A DNA stretch of 64,000 nt from Tetramitus jugosus (lineage: Eukaryota; Protista; Heterolobosea): assembly GCA_937625935.1 (NCBI GenBank), contig OW569373.1, positions 124,001-188,000 of the forward strand, given 5' to 3'. A model generated the notes under the pieces. The model was given only the letters and a program-made list of their open reading frames with translations. It ran no database searches and was not told where the DNA came from. Positions 46,220 to 57,239 of this stretch are shown one piece after another (within the stretch, counting starts at the first letter, position 1; each line of letters starts with the position of its first letter). The translations under genes were made by a program, and so were the position numbers.

Positions 46220-47668
46220 ATGGCCCTCCTGCTACACAATAGTACCAAGTCTTCGCACGGCAGTTTTGCCCTCGACGAAAACAACCTCGACTATTTATAT
46301 GGCTTGATTTCTCCGAGCAGCCCGGAGAATTACCTCAAGCATTCCGCTGTCAACAACAGCGACATGAACAGCAACAACAACAACGACGACGACGACGACA
46401 ATAATAATAACCATACGTCGACGACAACAAAATTGAAAATGAAGACACTAGTGGATATACCCATCAGTGAACAAGAGTCACTCGTGGATGATTTCATGAA
46501 CATTTTCACATTTGAATTTGAAACAATTATCGCAGTGCCACAATACCAACAAATGTACCTTGATTATCTCGTACGGCACAACAAGGAAGAAGCTCTACTC
46601 TTCTTGATTCATGTGGACCGATTCAAGCGATTGACCGATGATCAAAGTCGTTTCCGCATGGCCAATCACATGATTCAACTGTTCATTTATGACAATGGGA
46701 GACATCAGGTCAATTTGGATCACAAGTCACGTATCGCACTGCTGCAGTGCAAGATTAAGGTTGTTGATACACCATTGACCTATTTTGATCAAGTGGCTCT
46801 CAAAGTGAAGATTCAACTGTTGGAAGAGTCGTTTGTGGCGTTTACGAGATCAGAAGCGTTTGGTCAATGGGTGAAGCGACAATTGTTGAATCAATATCAC
46901 CAAACGGGTAGGTGTATACCGTTGCCACAGTCATTAAATGATATTTGTTCTGTTCGATGCAAGGAGGACCTCTATATGCAACGATGTGATATTACTCGGC
47001 GTGTCATGATGAGTGAAGATGGAGGAATTATCGAATTCGATTATCGCATGTTAAAATTTTTGTGTGATCGTGAGTCGTCGCATCTGTGGAAGCGATTGGA
47101 ACGTGTCGAATCACAGTACTCGATATTCGAGAGGAAACAAAAGGTAAACATGTTGAAAGTGGAGATTTATGTGCCGACCGATATGGCCACTCTGTTTTGT
47201 CTCATGTTCAATCGTAGAGTCAAGGACAATAACTTGCCTGACAATCGTCATTTTTTGATTAATCGAAAAGTGACTTCGATTGTTTGTAGGAGACGGTATC
47301 GACTAGGCAGAATATTTAAGGATCGATTTGCTTCCGTTTATTATAGTGCTAGATTTGAGAATGATTCAATATATATTCCATACAAGAGTTTTGAGGATAA
47401 GGCATATTTTGAAAGGGCTGAAGGTGCAATTCGAGCCGAGTGTCACGGAGGATACATTCTCCAGAGCATCAATTCGAATATGACTCTGGTGACTCAGGTT
47501 GCTTTTGTAAATTATGGTGGTTGGGTGCCTGATTTACTAACAAAGCGTTTAGCAGTGACACGAGCAAGAAGATTGTGCTTGATACTTCAGACTCTGGCCA
47601 AGCTGAGTCCTGAGAGTCGCTCTGTACATGATTTTAGAAGCACGAGTCTGTTGAAGCTCATGACATGA
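46220..47668 (+). CDS. RGS domain + START-like domain protein
   Basis: RGS pattern EEALLFL..FI...QVNLD..YFDQV..L.ESF..F; C-terminal VTQVAFVNYGGWVP typical of START/SRPBCC. Confidence 0.75.
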   Translation: MALLLHNSTKSSHGSFALDENNLDYLYGLISPSSPENYLKHSAVNNSDMNSNNNNDDDDDNNNNHTSTTTKLKMKTLVDIPISEQESLVDDFMNIFTFEFETIIAVPQYQQMYLDYLVRHNKEEALLFLIHVDRFKRLTDDQSRFRMANHMIQLFIYDNGRHQVNLDHKSRIALLQCKIKVVDTPLTYFDQVALKVKIQLLEESFVAFTRSEAFGQWVKRQLLNQYHQTGRCIPLPQSLNDICSVRCKEDLYMQRCDITRRVMMSEDGGIIEFDYRMLKFLCDRESSHLWKRLERVESQYSIFERKQKVNMLKVEIYVPTDMATLFCLMFNRRVKDNNLPDNRHFLINRKVTSIVCRRRYRLGRIFKDRFASVYYSARFENDSIYIPYKSFEDKAYFERAEGAIRAECHGGYILQSINSNMTLVTQVAFVNYGGWVPDLLTKRLAVTRARRLCLILQTLAKLSPESRSVHDFRSTSLLKLMT

Positions 47669-47693
47669 TATCGATCGTTTATTTGTGTACATA

Positions 47694-48100
47694 CTAATGG
47701 TTCTTCACTTTTCTAGGCAATGGAGCTTGCTGGTATGAAAGCATTTCCCAGCACGTATCCGATTCAGGAGAACAATCTAAGCATTGTTTTTCATGATTAA
47801 ATCGCATTTCTGTAAACAATCGTTGATTGTTTGTTCTCCATTCACTCTGAAGGACAGTATTGCTTGTCGCGTCGTATGAGATATGACAACAGAACCTTGC
47901 TTCTTCTAATCTCTTTCCAACGTTCTCAACCAACTGACATTGTAAGATGTCAAAGTATGAATCAATTTGAGGGACTGAGGACGAGTTACCCATGAACAAC
48001 TTGTTACCGAATACAAAAAAGAAGCCCAACTGCTTCATGAGTTTCGCGACATCCCAAGTTTTCAAGATATCCAATTGGCTTCTTTCTCGGAGTTTAAGGG
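47694..48100 (-). CDS. Probable last exon of a small hypothetical gene (5' structure unresolved)
   Basis: Open frame downstream of a TAG acceptor-like site near 48108; no motif. Confidence 0.3.
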
Positions 48101-48547
48101 CTTGTCTCTATTCCTCTAGCTCGACTTTTGTACGAGATGTTCAAGAATCTTGGATTCACACGATAGTTGACTTAAGTTTTTTTGGTAAACGTCAAGGACA
48201 GTCCATATGATCGAAGTGTTTAAAGACAATTTTTCGAACGAGTCTGTCTGCCCAGTAGTCGCGGTAATCTTTCATCGAACTTGAATGTTAGCACTCAAAG
48301 AAAGATTCGAAATGTATAAGCAGAAGTTACTAAGTAAACAAGTCGTCATTCAACTATGAAGAGACAAGATGTCATCAAATGTTGTTGTTGGATGTCGGTT
48401 GTTCGTCTGTCCCGAAAAAGACAAGTGGGATTCGACACCGACATCAACAACACCATTTGAGAGGACCAATTTTCACTTGACGCAATCAGCACAAAAAAAG
48501 CTCGGTTGCAAAAAAAAGAAGAACAAGAACAAAACTGTATCAATAAA

Positions 48548-50059
48548 ATGAGTCAATCTTCGATCACAGCCCAACAACAACAACAACAAGTGTATCATAC
48601 GGGAGGTGGTGGTCACATTGAACCCAACAAGGAGCCTTCAGAGCTCACTCAACAAAAAGCTAAAATTGCAAAGAGTATTCTACAAGACAAGTACATGAAC
48701 CAAAATTTGGTTCGATCGTTGGCTCAGACTCGATCAGAAAAGTAATTGACTGATTTTTTTTTGTGGTTGTTCGTTTTTTTATTTTTTTTTTCTCTCTCGC
48801 TCGTCATAAGCTTACAATGTCCATGTGCTTGACACACACACACATACAGTACACTAGAAAGCAGTTATCAAAAGCTTATTAAATCAAGAATGAGTATCAA
48901 TGATTTTCACATACTCAAAGTCATTGGAAAGGGTGCATTTGGTGAAGTAATGCTCGTCAAGAAGCGTGACTCTCAAGAGACGTTGGCCATGAAGCGATTG
49001 AGTAAGACGGACATGTTGAAAAAGAAGCAAACTTTGCACGTGCGTGCAGAGAGAGACATTTTGGCTCAATCAAACAATCCATGGATTGTTGAACTGCTGT
49101 ATTCTTTCCAAGATGAACAAAGTCTCTATTTGGGCATGGAATTCTTACCTGGTGGAGATTTGATGACATGGTTGATCAACAAGGAAATTTTTACAGAGTA
49201 TCAAACAAAGTTTTATGTGGCAGAGATGGTGTTGGCCGTGGAGTCCATCCATCGAATGAACTATGTTCACAGAGATTTGAAACCGGACAATATTTTGTTG
49301 GATCGAACGGGTCATTTGAAATTGACAGACTTTGGTCTGTGTAAGCCGTTTGAGGATGGAATTCAGTTTGATGCGCCCATGTTGAACGACAATGACGATG
49401 AAGGCAACAGCGAGTTGGACAAGGTGTCCAGTTTGTCGCGACGTGAAAAGATGAGGAGTTGGAATCAGAACAGAACGAGACAATTGTTGTACTCTACGGT
49501 GGGAAGCCCCGGTTACATTGCACCCGAGGTTCTATTGAAGAAGGGATATCGATTCGAGTGTGACTGGTGGAGCGTTGGTGTCATCATGTACGAAATGATT
49601 TATGGTTATCCACCATTCTATGCCGATGATCCAATCAAGACTTGTCAAAAAATTGTACGATGGAAGCACTTTTTGGAGTTCCCGGGTGATGTGGATGTGA
49701 GCAAGGAGGCCGTTGATTTGTTGCAGAATTTGTTGTGTGATGCAACGAATCGTCTGGGTACGAGAGAAGGTGGAATTGAAGAGATTAAGAAGCATCCATT
49801 CTTCCATGGTATCGATTGGGGAATGATACGACATCAAACAGCTCCATTTGTGCCTGATTTGAAGGGCGAGTTGGATACGGCGTATTTTGATGAATTTGGT
49901 GAGCCAAGTGCTCATTCTGCAGCTTCCTCATCCGACAAGAGTACTCCATTGGTCAGTGTGAAAAACAATGATCAAATTTTGTTTGATAATTTCACCTATC
50001 GTAGAGATATGGACAAGACAAAGAAGAGAGGTAACTTGCAGAGTCTTTTTGAAGAATAA
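48548..50059 (+). CDS. NDR/LATS-family AGC kinase (STK38/Cbk1-like); exons 48548-48741 and 48850-50059
   Basis: [26 protein letters not shown], insert before [13 protein letters not shown], hydrophobic motif FDNFTY. Confidence 0.93.
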
Positions 50060-50256
50060 GGAATGTATGTGGTCATGTCATACACACAACTCAATGCCTT
50101 GGTCATTCATTTTGTAAATAGAGCTAGCGTGCGTTTGTCTTTTCTCACATGTGTCTTTCGTCTCGTTTTTCAGCTGAAAGCAATTCTCCTCCACAACGAA
50201 AATTATCCTGCGTGAACAAAAACCAAACAACCAAACAAAATTGTATTTTGATCAAA

Positions 50257-50754
50257 ATGGCTAGTATTCATTATAAGAATTTGGATGTGACATACCTGGA
50301 TGCAGTGGATCGACTTGAATCCGCGTCCTATCCGGAAGATGAGAAGGCAACACGAGAAAAGTTGCATTTGCGTCTCACTCATGCACCCGAGCTATTCCTA
50401 GGAGCATTCGATGAAGAAGAAGAGCTCATTGGATACGTTTGTAGCACGAAAACGACTGAACCTACACTGACTCATGAATCAATGAGCAAGCATGAAAAGG
50501 AAGGTCGCACCGTTTGCATTCACTCTGTTGTCGTTGATGAAAAGTGGAGAAAGCAAGGGGTTGGCATGCAAATGATGAAGCAGTATTTGCAACTGCCATT
50601 CATGGCTCATGTGGATCAATTGTTGTTGTTGAGCAAGGATCACTTGATTCATTTTTATGAGAAGGCAGGTTTTGAGCTGTTGGGATTGTCGCCAGTGGAT
50701 CACGGATCAGAAAAGTGGTATGATTTGCGGTTGATTGTGCCACAAAAGAACTAA
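50257..50754 (+). CDS. GNAT acetyltransferase (AANAT/Paa1-like)
   Basis: LESASYPEDE, IHSVVVDEKWRKQGVG, FYEKAGF, HGSEKWYD. Confidence 0.88.
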   Translation: MASIHYKNLDVTYLDAVDRLESASYPEDEKATREKLHLRLTHAPELFLGAFDEEEELIGYVCSTKTTEPTLTHESMSKHEKEGRTVCIHSVVVDEKWRKQGVGMQMMKQYLQLPFMAHVDQLLLLSKDHLIHFYEKAGFELLGLSPVDHGSEKWYDLRLIVPQKN

Positions 50755-50809
50755 AGAGGTTGAGGAATTATTTATGTCACATGTGACAAACAACTTTATA
50801 TTGCTTTGA

Positions 50810-51730
50810 TTATTCTTGTTGATCATTGACATCACCAGGTTGTTGTTCAGAGATGACTTCTTCTGTTTCTGGATGTTCATTCTTGCTGGAGTCTGACACG
50901 TCTCCGTTTGTGTTGCCATTCACTTCGATCTCGGCCTGAGTAAAGTAGTCATGATTTAGTTCGTAACTAGGAGACGCTTCCTTTAACTTCAAAAACTGTT
51001 TCAATGCAGCATCATATTGTTTCAACTTACAGTACAAACTACCCAGCAAGTCATGAGCAATGTGAAGTGTAGGATCTGAGTTAATAGCCTCCAGGTAGTT
51101 CTCAAGGGCTTCATCGAGTAAATATGTGTCTTCGTGACTTCTCGCCTTTGCCAAGTAAGCTGTAGCATTGTCTGGATTGATCTCTAGTGCCTTATCAGCC
51201 ATTCTAATTGCATCATTATAATCTCTTCTATAGTAACAAACAAGCGCTAAATTGGCTAGCGCATCCGAATCTTCTGGGTACAGTTCCAACACATTTTCAA
51301 ACATCTTGAAAGCGTCATTGTATCTCTTCATTTCGATGTACACTGTTCCTAGATGATCCATAGCTTTCATATTCAAATCATCCAGCTCAATCGATTTCCT
51401 TAGATGATCCACAGATCTTTCATACTCCTTATTCGCTTGGAACAAACATCCTAAATGGAAATGAGCGTGCGAATCATCGAATCTTTTCTTCACCATGGAC
51501 TCAAAGAATTGAATGGCCCTATCCGTATTCTCAATCATCTTGCAGGAATGAACCAAGTACATGTATGCAATTTTGGAGTCTGAATCGAGCTCAATCGTCT
51601 TTTCAAAGCAAGCAATGGACTCTTCATATTGATCAGCGTCCACTAGAGCTTCTCCGAGCTCAAATTGCACTTTAGAATTATGTGGATCACTTTCCACCTT
51701 CTTTCTCTTGATATCTAGTTTGGAGGACAT
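50810..51730 (-). CDS. Tetratricopeptide repeat protein
   Basis: About 7 34-aa TPR units (e.g. AHFHLGCLF...KSIELD). Confidence 0.88.
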   Translation of the reverse strand: MSSKLDIKRKKVESDPHNSKVQFELGEALVDADQYEESIACFEKTIELDSDSKIAYMYLVHSCKMIENTDRAIQFFESMVKKRFDDSHAHFHLGCLFQANKEYERSVDHLRKSIELDDLNMKAMDHLGTVYIEMKRYNDAFKMFENVLELYPEDSDALANLALVCYYRRDYNDAIRMADKALEINPDNATAYLAKARSHEDTYLLDEALENYLEAINSDPTLHIAHDLLGSLYCKLKQYDAALKQFLKLKEASPSYELNHDYFTQAEIEVNGNTNGDVSDSSKNEHPETEEVISEQQPGDVNDQQE

Positions 51731-51839
51731 TGAAAACAATCATCAGGTTGGATATCGCTGTAGTCTCGACAGGACGGAGCGGAGATTGACACCCGTTTTG
51801 GCAACTTGCCAACAAGTTCGAGCAATCACACGAAGAAAA

Positions 51840-52626
51840 ATGAGCACAGACAAGACGAGAGAAAAGGCACAATTGTTTGATTATTTGAACAAACAAGGGA
51901 TCAACGATCTGACGACAATCAATCATCCAGAGGCACCAACCTGTGATGAATGGTTACAACATTTGGAGAACAACCCAGAGAAGAATGACATCTCACTCGA
52001 CAATTCTTTTTTGATCAAGAACTTGCTCTTGAGAGATCACAAGAAGAAGAGGTTTGTTTTTCTTTTAGTTTCGATCACAACATAGTTGTTTATGGAGACA
52101 TCTCATGTTGTTTGTTCTTTTCTTTTTTGTGTTTTGCTAAAAGCTTATTGGATGTGTTTTTGTTGTAATCTTAATATTGTAAAGTGTGTTGATTTATATT
52201 GTGGCCAATGAACCGACTACAATTGACTTGAAGGTACTTACCAAGACTCTTGGTTTCACTGGTTCCAATCCCTTGCGTTTCATACCTCAAGAGCTCTTGC
52301 CTGAAACTGTCAATGTCGAGAAGGGATCTCTAACTGCATTTGCTTTTTATTTATTGGGTATGGACGATGCTGAGCTGACGGAGCATGAGCTCAAAGTGAA
52401 ACAGACCATGAAAACCATTCAAATCTTGGTTGATCACACACTGTTTCAACAAGAGGAAAGAGCCAACAAGAGATTCCTGTTCCATCCGTTGAAAAATACC
52501 TCGACAACAGTGATCACCAAGCCAGACTTTGTAAAGTTCATTCAAAGTGCACTCGGGGACAAATTTAGTCAACAAATTTCATTGTTTGACTTTACTTCTC
52601 AAACAAAGCTCCCATTTCCACAGTAA
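51840..52626 (+). CDS. YbaK/ProX (PrdX)-type aminoacyl-tRNA deacylase; exons 51840-52051 and 52185-52626
   Basis: KNLLLRDHKK, LRF, GSLTAF, FHPLKNTST. Confidence 0.8.
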
Positions 52627-52803
52627 ATTGTGGCAGTCAGAAAGCCTGTCATTGCGGAGCAACGGAGAATCAGATTGCGCACATTGGTTTTTCACTCAAT
52701 AATTCTCAATGTCTGTCTGAGAACAACAACGAAATCCTACAAGCTAGTTGTCTCTCGTTGCCAAAAAGAAATAAAACATCCACAAAACTCCCATTACACT
52801 GCA

Positions 52804-53841
52804 ATGAGTGCCTATCATCCCACAATGGCACCAACGACAACAAACTCTACGGAAGAAAACCAAAATTTGTTGTCAACCACGAGGCCGTTATCCATAGCAC
52901 CACCAAAGAGTACCCATCGATCCCTACTCTTGTTACTCGTTTTGGTGCTCTTGTCAGCAAGTATCTCGATCTTGTTTGTCATTTGTGTATCGACACTCCA
53001 AACAGCCCGAAACACGAGCAGAAACGCTGTTTCCAAGCAACAAGATCCCTGTTGGTTGCATCCATTGACATGTGACACGGATTCGAGTTTCAAGTCAGAG
53101 TATGATCACATACCGAAGAGTGTTTTGGTTGTGGCAGCTCATCCGGATGATATTGAGACAAGTGCTGGAGGTACATTGACAAAGTGGGCTCAAAATGGTC
53201 AAACTGACATTTATTATGTCATGATAACGAACGGTGATAAGGGAACAGGAAACCATAGCATGACCAGTGAAGAGTTGGGAAGAATAAGACAACAGGAGCA
53301 GAGAAATGCAGGTGCAGTCGTCGGTGTAAAGGACATTTTCTTTCTCAATGTGCCGGATGGTGATGTGACGAACAATGATGAACTGCGGCGAAATATTACC
53401 TATTACATTCGGTTGTTGAGACCTGAAATCATGATTACGTGGGATCCTACGTGGCACTTGGACCTGTTTCAGTTCGGATTGGAGCACAGAGATCATAGGA
53501 CAGCTGGTCAGGCAGCCATTGATTCCGTTTGGCCAAACTCAAACGATTTCCTGTACTATCCAGATATGAACCTGCCAACCTATCGTCCAAAAACTGTGCT
53601 ACTCTTCAGGTTTTGGAACGATTTTGAGTTCAATGCACCACAGTCACAAGTATTTGTACCCCTGGGTGAAGCTGAAGTGTCGAACAAGATCAAAGCTATC
53701 TATCAGCACAAGTCTCAATTCCCGAATGAAGAATCGAAGGAACATGAGAAAACTTTTCTGACCTCAATGGCAACCAAGTTGGGAAAGAATACCCGAAAGG
53801 AATATGCAGAATTATTTACTCTTGTTCGTTTCATGGGTTAA
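52804..53841 (+). CDS. PIG-L/LmbE family N-acetylglucosamine deacetylase with N-terminal TM anchor
   Basis: VAAHPDD, TNGDKG, IRQQEQRNA, HRDH, KAIYQHKSQ. Confidence 0.88.
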   Translation: MSAYHPTMAPTTTNSTEENQNLLSTTRPLSIAPPKSTHRSLLLLLVLVLLSASISILFVICVSTLQTARNTSRNAVSKQQDPCWLHPLTCDTDSSFKSEYDHIPKSVLVVAAHPDDIETSAGGTLTKWAQNGQTDIYYVMITNGDKGTGNHSMTSEELGRIRQQEQRNAGAVVGVKDIFFLNVPDGDVTNNDELRRNITYYIRLLRPEIMITWDPTWHLDLFQFGLEHRDHRTAGQAAIDSVWPNSNDFLYYPDMNLPTYRPKTVLLFRFWNDFEFNAPQSQVFVPLGEAEVSNKIKAIYQHKSQFPNEESKEHEKTFLTSMATKLGKNTRKEYAELFTLVRFMG

Positions 53842-54051
53842 GATGCAATAAACTGGTGTTCTCAACAGAAGCTTCTGATAAAATTTAAGTGTCATTTCGA
53901 CCAAAGACCTTGATTACCATGTTAACATCACCGCGGTGATATTGGAGGGGAAAATACGAATGTTCTTTTCGAGGTTTTAACGGTTGGTTCAAGCTTGTTG
54001 ATACAGACAACACCTGCAACAAATTTATACTATAATTCAATCATCGTTCAT

Positions 54052-55696
54052 TCAAGAAAACAAAGCCGTGACTACCATCTGAATGTCCCCACCATACTGT
54101 TGCAGAAGCATGTGATTCTTTTCCTTGTCATAGAACCCCATATTTCTCAACGTCTCCAATTGACTTTCAAACATCCCGATCTGATTAGTCGTGGTAACCA
54201 TACGGGCGGTATCTGGCTTCATCTGTGGGATAGAGGATTGGTTAATGACACGAGGAGAGCTGTATCCGGATCTCTGCTGTCTAATTCTCTCACTTTGACT
54301 AAGAATCTTTCTGGCAGAAGTATCCAGCTTGACAGATTTCATCAACTGTTGAGTAAATCCTGTTGATACAGATGATCCGCCCATATCAACATCTCTCTTG
54401 ATGGACTCAAGTCGGGAACATATCTCTGCAAAACCAGGTCGATCACTAGGGTCAGTCTGCCAGCATTGTTCAATCAATTCAAGTAATTTCAATGGTAAAG
54501 TTTCTGTGAGAGTGGGGCGAACAGCATGCTCCCTTCTCTTACCAAGTACTGCTGCTTGCAGCTCTTGAGCATCATTGAAGGTGTAATCATGATAAGGAAG
54601 CAACCCAGTAAATAACTCATACATGATCATTGAAAAAGCAAACACATCATGCTTGCCCCAGTCTTCGACAACACCCTCCCAGTTTTCCTAGTTGAATGCA
54701 TTAACTTTCTATTTGAAAAATTCGGCTAGTGAAAGAAAGAAGTATACTTACCGGTGATCTATACAATGGAGTTCCTATTAACCCCCTGATCGTGGTCAGG
54801 AGAGATTCATTACCAATCCTAACAGTGCATGTGTGCTTAATTTGAGACATTGTGCTAGTAGTACAACGCCCTTTATGACATCCCGCTTGTCCAAAGTCAA
54901 TCATCTTGATATTGTTACCAGAAATCATGATATTTTCAGACTTCAGGTCTCGGTGATATGTCCCTGATTGATGAATGCACTTCATTGCCTCAGCAATCTT
55001 AAGAGCATAATGACAGGCCTCTGGTACCTTAAAGCAAGAATGTTTCTTGTGGAGAACAGAGAAGAGACTATCACCATCCACGAACTCTGTTACCAGACAC
55101 AACTCTGGTGAAGCACATGCACCAATCAATACTGCAATACTCTTCTCCACTTCTGTATTGTTACGGTCAAGCTGTTTCAAGTTTTTATACTCTTTGTACA
55201 AGCTAGTTACAGCATCAATATCATCTAGAGCTCTTGCACGGAAGATTTTGATTGCTACCCTCACTGCTCTGAACTCTCCTTCGTATACCTCTCCATACAT
55301 ACCACTACCCAAAAGTTTCCGCTTGGTGAATGGAGTACCATCAGGATTCTTCAATTCATCATAGTCTATCCACTTTTCACCCTTCACAAATAGTTCTTGT
55401 AAACGGAGAGCTGCCTCTGTGACTACCGCTTGGTTTATGTCAATTTCTTCTCTTATCTTTCTGTCTTTCTCTTCCATTTCTTCTTTTTGAAGGTTGAGTA
55501 ATTTTTGCACCTCTTGTTCCTTCTTTCCCTCATACTCTTCCTTCAATTGCATGACCTTTTTCGTGAAGTTCTCATCTTGGTTTTTCTTCAGTGCTTCGAA
55601 TCTTCCTTCATAATCCTTTTGGAGCTGTGCCGTGATGGCATCAATCGCTGCTTGATCATTTCCATAGTGATGGTGATGAGTTGCTTTGTTGCCCAT
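54052..55696 (-). CDS. Kinase A: MG-start, coiled coil, TKL kinase, C-terminal UBA; exons 54752-55696 and 54052-54687
   Basis: LGSGMYGEV, VAIK, HRDLKSEN, DFG, GTPLYRSP|ENW, CWQTDPSDRP, UBA LRNMGF..GDIQMVV. Confidence 0.88.
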
Positions 55697-55880
55697 GTTA
55701 TGTTACTTGGTTTGTTTCTTCTAGCTCGATTTTTGGTTGAAACCCAGGTTTTTATGCTGGAGGAAACTTTTCTTGTAAAGTCGATGTCAAACAATATTTC
55801 TGCAGGAACTCCAGCTACAAAAATCCCGCATCAACACAAACCGTTTTTGAAAAGCCACAACAAACAAACCATAGATACAC

Positions 55881-57167
55881 ATGGGAGCAGCTATTGCAAC
55901 ACCCTTATTGGGCATGATTGGTACTATAGGTGCCGCTTATGTCACATCTCAAGCACAAATGTTCGCAGTACAAGCCGGGATGGATCCTCAAATGGCCCAA
56001 CAGCGCTTCCAGCGTCATTACCAAGAACTAGAGGAAGGATTCAAGAAGACGATGGATGGAAATTTTGCTGAAAAAGAGCAAGAACTTAGACAGCAGATGC
56101 TAACAAACTTTGCAAGCGATGTTCAGACTACCTTAAACCTCAATGATGAGCAAGCAGCCCAAAAGTTAAAAGAGATTTACAAAGAAACCGTTCAGCACCA
56201 AAAAAAGACACGAGACATTGCTCGAGAATTGAGAAATCAACTAAGAGGAAGAATGATTGATGAACATGCAGTTAGAAGAGAAGCAATTCTAAGTTCAGGA
56301 ACCTCAACAGTACATACTGGAACTTATGAGAATACTCGAGTGGCAATCACGGTGTTCAAGTTAAATAGTGAGCAAGATGTTCTGTCTATGCAGAATTTTT
56401 TTAACAAATATCAATGTTTGGACCAGAACAACCTTGTTGTTCATATTGGGTGTGGATTATCACGCCACCCAACATTGGAGTTCTTCATTGTCTCTGAGCT
56501 TGTTGAAGGTGAATCACTACAGGTTCTTCTTCAAGTGAAGAAAATGACTTTCAAATTCGACCAAGTCGCCTCAATGGTTGTTCAGATTTGTGAAGCTCTA
56601 ATCTATTTAGAAAAGAAAGGATTTGAATTTGGAAAGTTCCACAGCTCAAAGTTAATATTGTGTGGGGATAAGGTCGTATTATGTGGATATGGAAACAACA
56701 GGTTGTATGGAGGAACAAGCACCTCTTTGACATCTACTTCTCGTCACCAGTCTCGAAGTGCTCAAGTAACTTTGCAGAACACAACCTTGAATGTCACCGT
56801 CAAGGATTCGAATGCATATGAAGCCCCAGAGGTCATTCATGGAATCAAGGGAGAGAAAACTTTGGTTTACTCCATTGCAATTTTCATTTATGAGGCTCTC
56901 ACGGGTACTGTACCAAAAGGCAAGGAGCATTCTGATATCGAAAGGCTAGGACCTGTTCCGGATATATTCAAGAAAATCATATCAGATTGTTTGTCTCCAA
57001 CTTCACACGAAAGGTTAACTCTGTCAAACTTGATCCAAGTATTCTCCACCAATGACGATGAACGTGCCAAAATAATGTATTCCAAGTTCAAGAAGAGTGT
57101 TTCCTTCACTCCCCAAGTAGATACCATTTCGAAGAGCACCCGAAACAAATACTACCAATCCTCTTAA
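55881..57167 (+). CDS. B1: hydrophobic N-terminal helix, coiled coil and TKL-like pseudokinase
   Basis: Kinase-fold landmarks retained (ELVEGESL, YEAPE, VYS, CL..ER) but VAIK>VAIT, HRD>FGK, DFG>GYG. Confidence 0.78.
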   Translation: MGAAIATPLLGMIGTIGAAYVTSQAQMFAVQAGMDPQMAQQRFQRHYQELEEGFKKTMDGNFAEKEQELRQQMLTNFASDVQTTLNLNDEQAAQKLKEIYKETVQHQKKTRDIARELRNQLRGRMIDEHAVRREAILSSGTSTVHTGTYENTRVAITVFKLNSEQDVLSMQNFFNKYQCLDQNNLVVHIGCGLSRHPTLEFFIVSELVEGESLQVLLQVKKMTFKFDQVASMVVQICEALIYLEKKGFEFGKFHSSKLILCGDKVVLCGYGNNRLYGGTSTSLTSTSRHQSRSAQVTLQNTTLNVTVKDSNAYEAPEVIHGIKGEKTLVYSIAIFIYEALTGTVPKGKEHSDIERLGPVPDIFKKIISDCLSPTSHERLTLSNLIQVFSTNDDERAKIMYSKFKKSVSFTPQVDTISKSTRNKYYQSS

Positions 57168-57239
57168 TTTATGCATAAATACAGAGGAGAATTAGTACAA
57201 TATGAAACTGCTATCTAAAGTTGTAAGCGATGATGTTCG

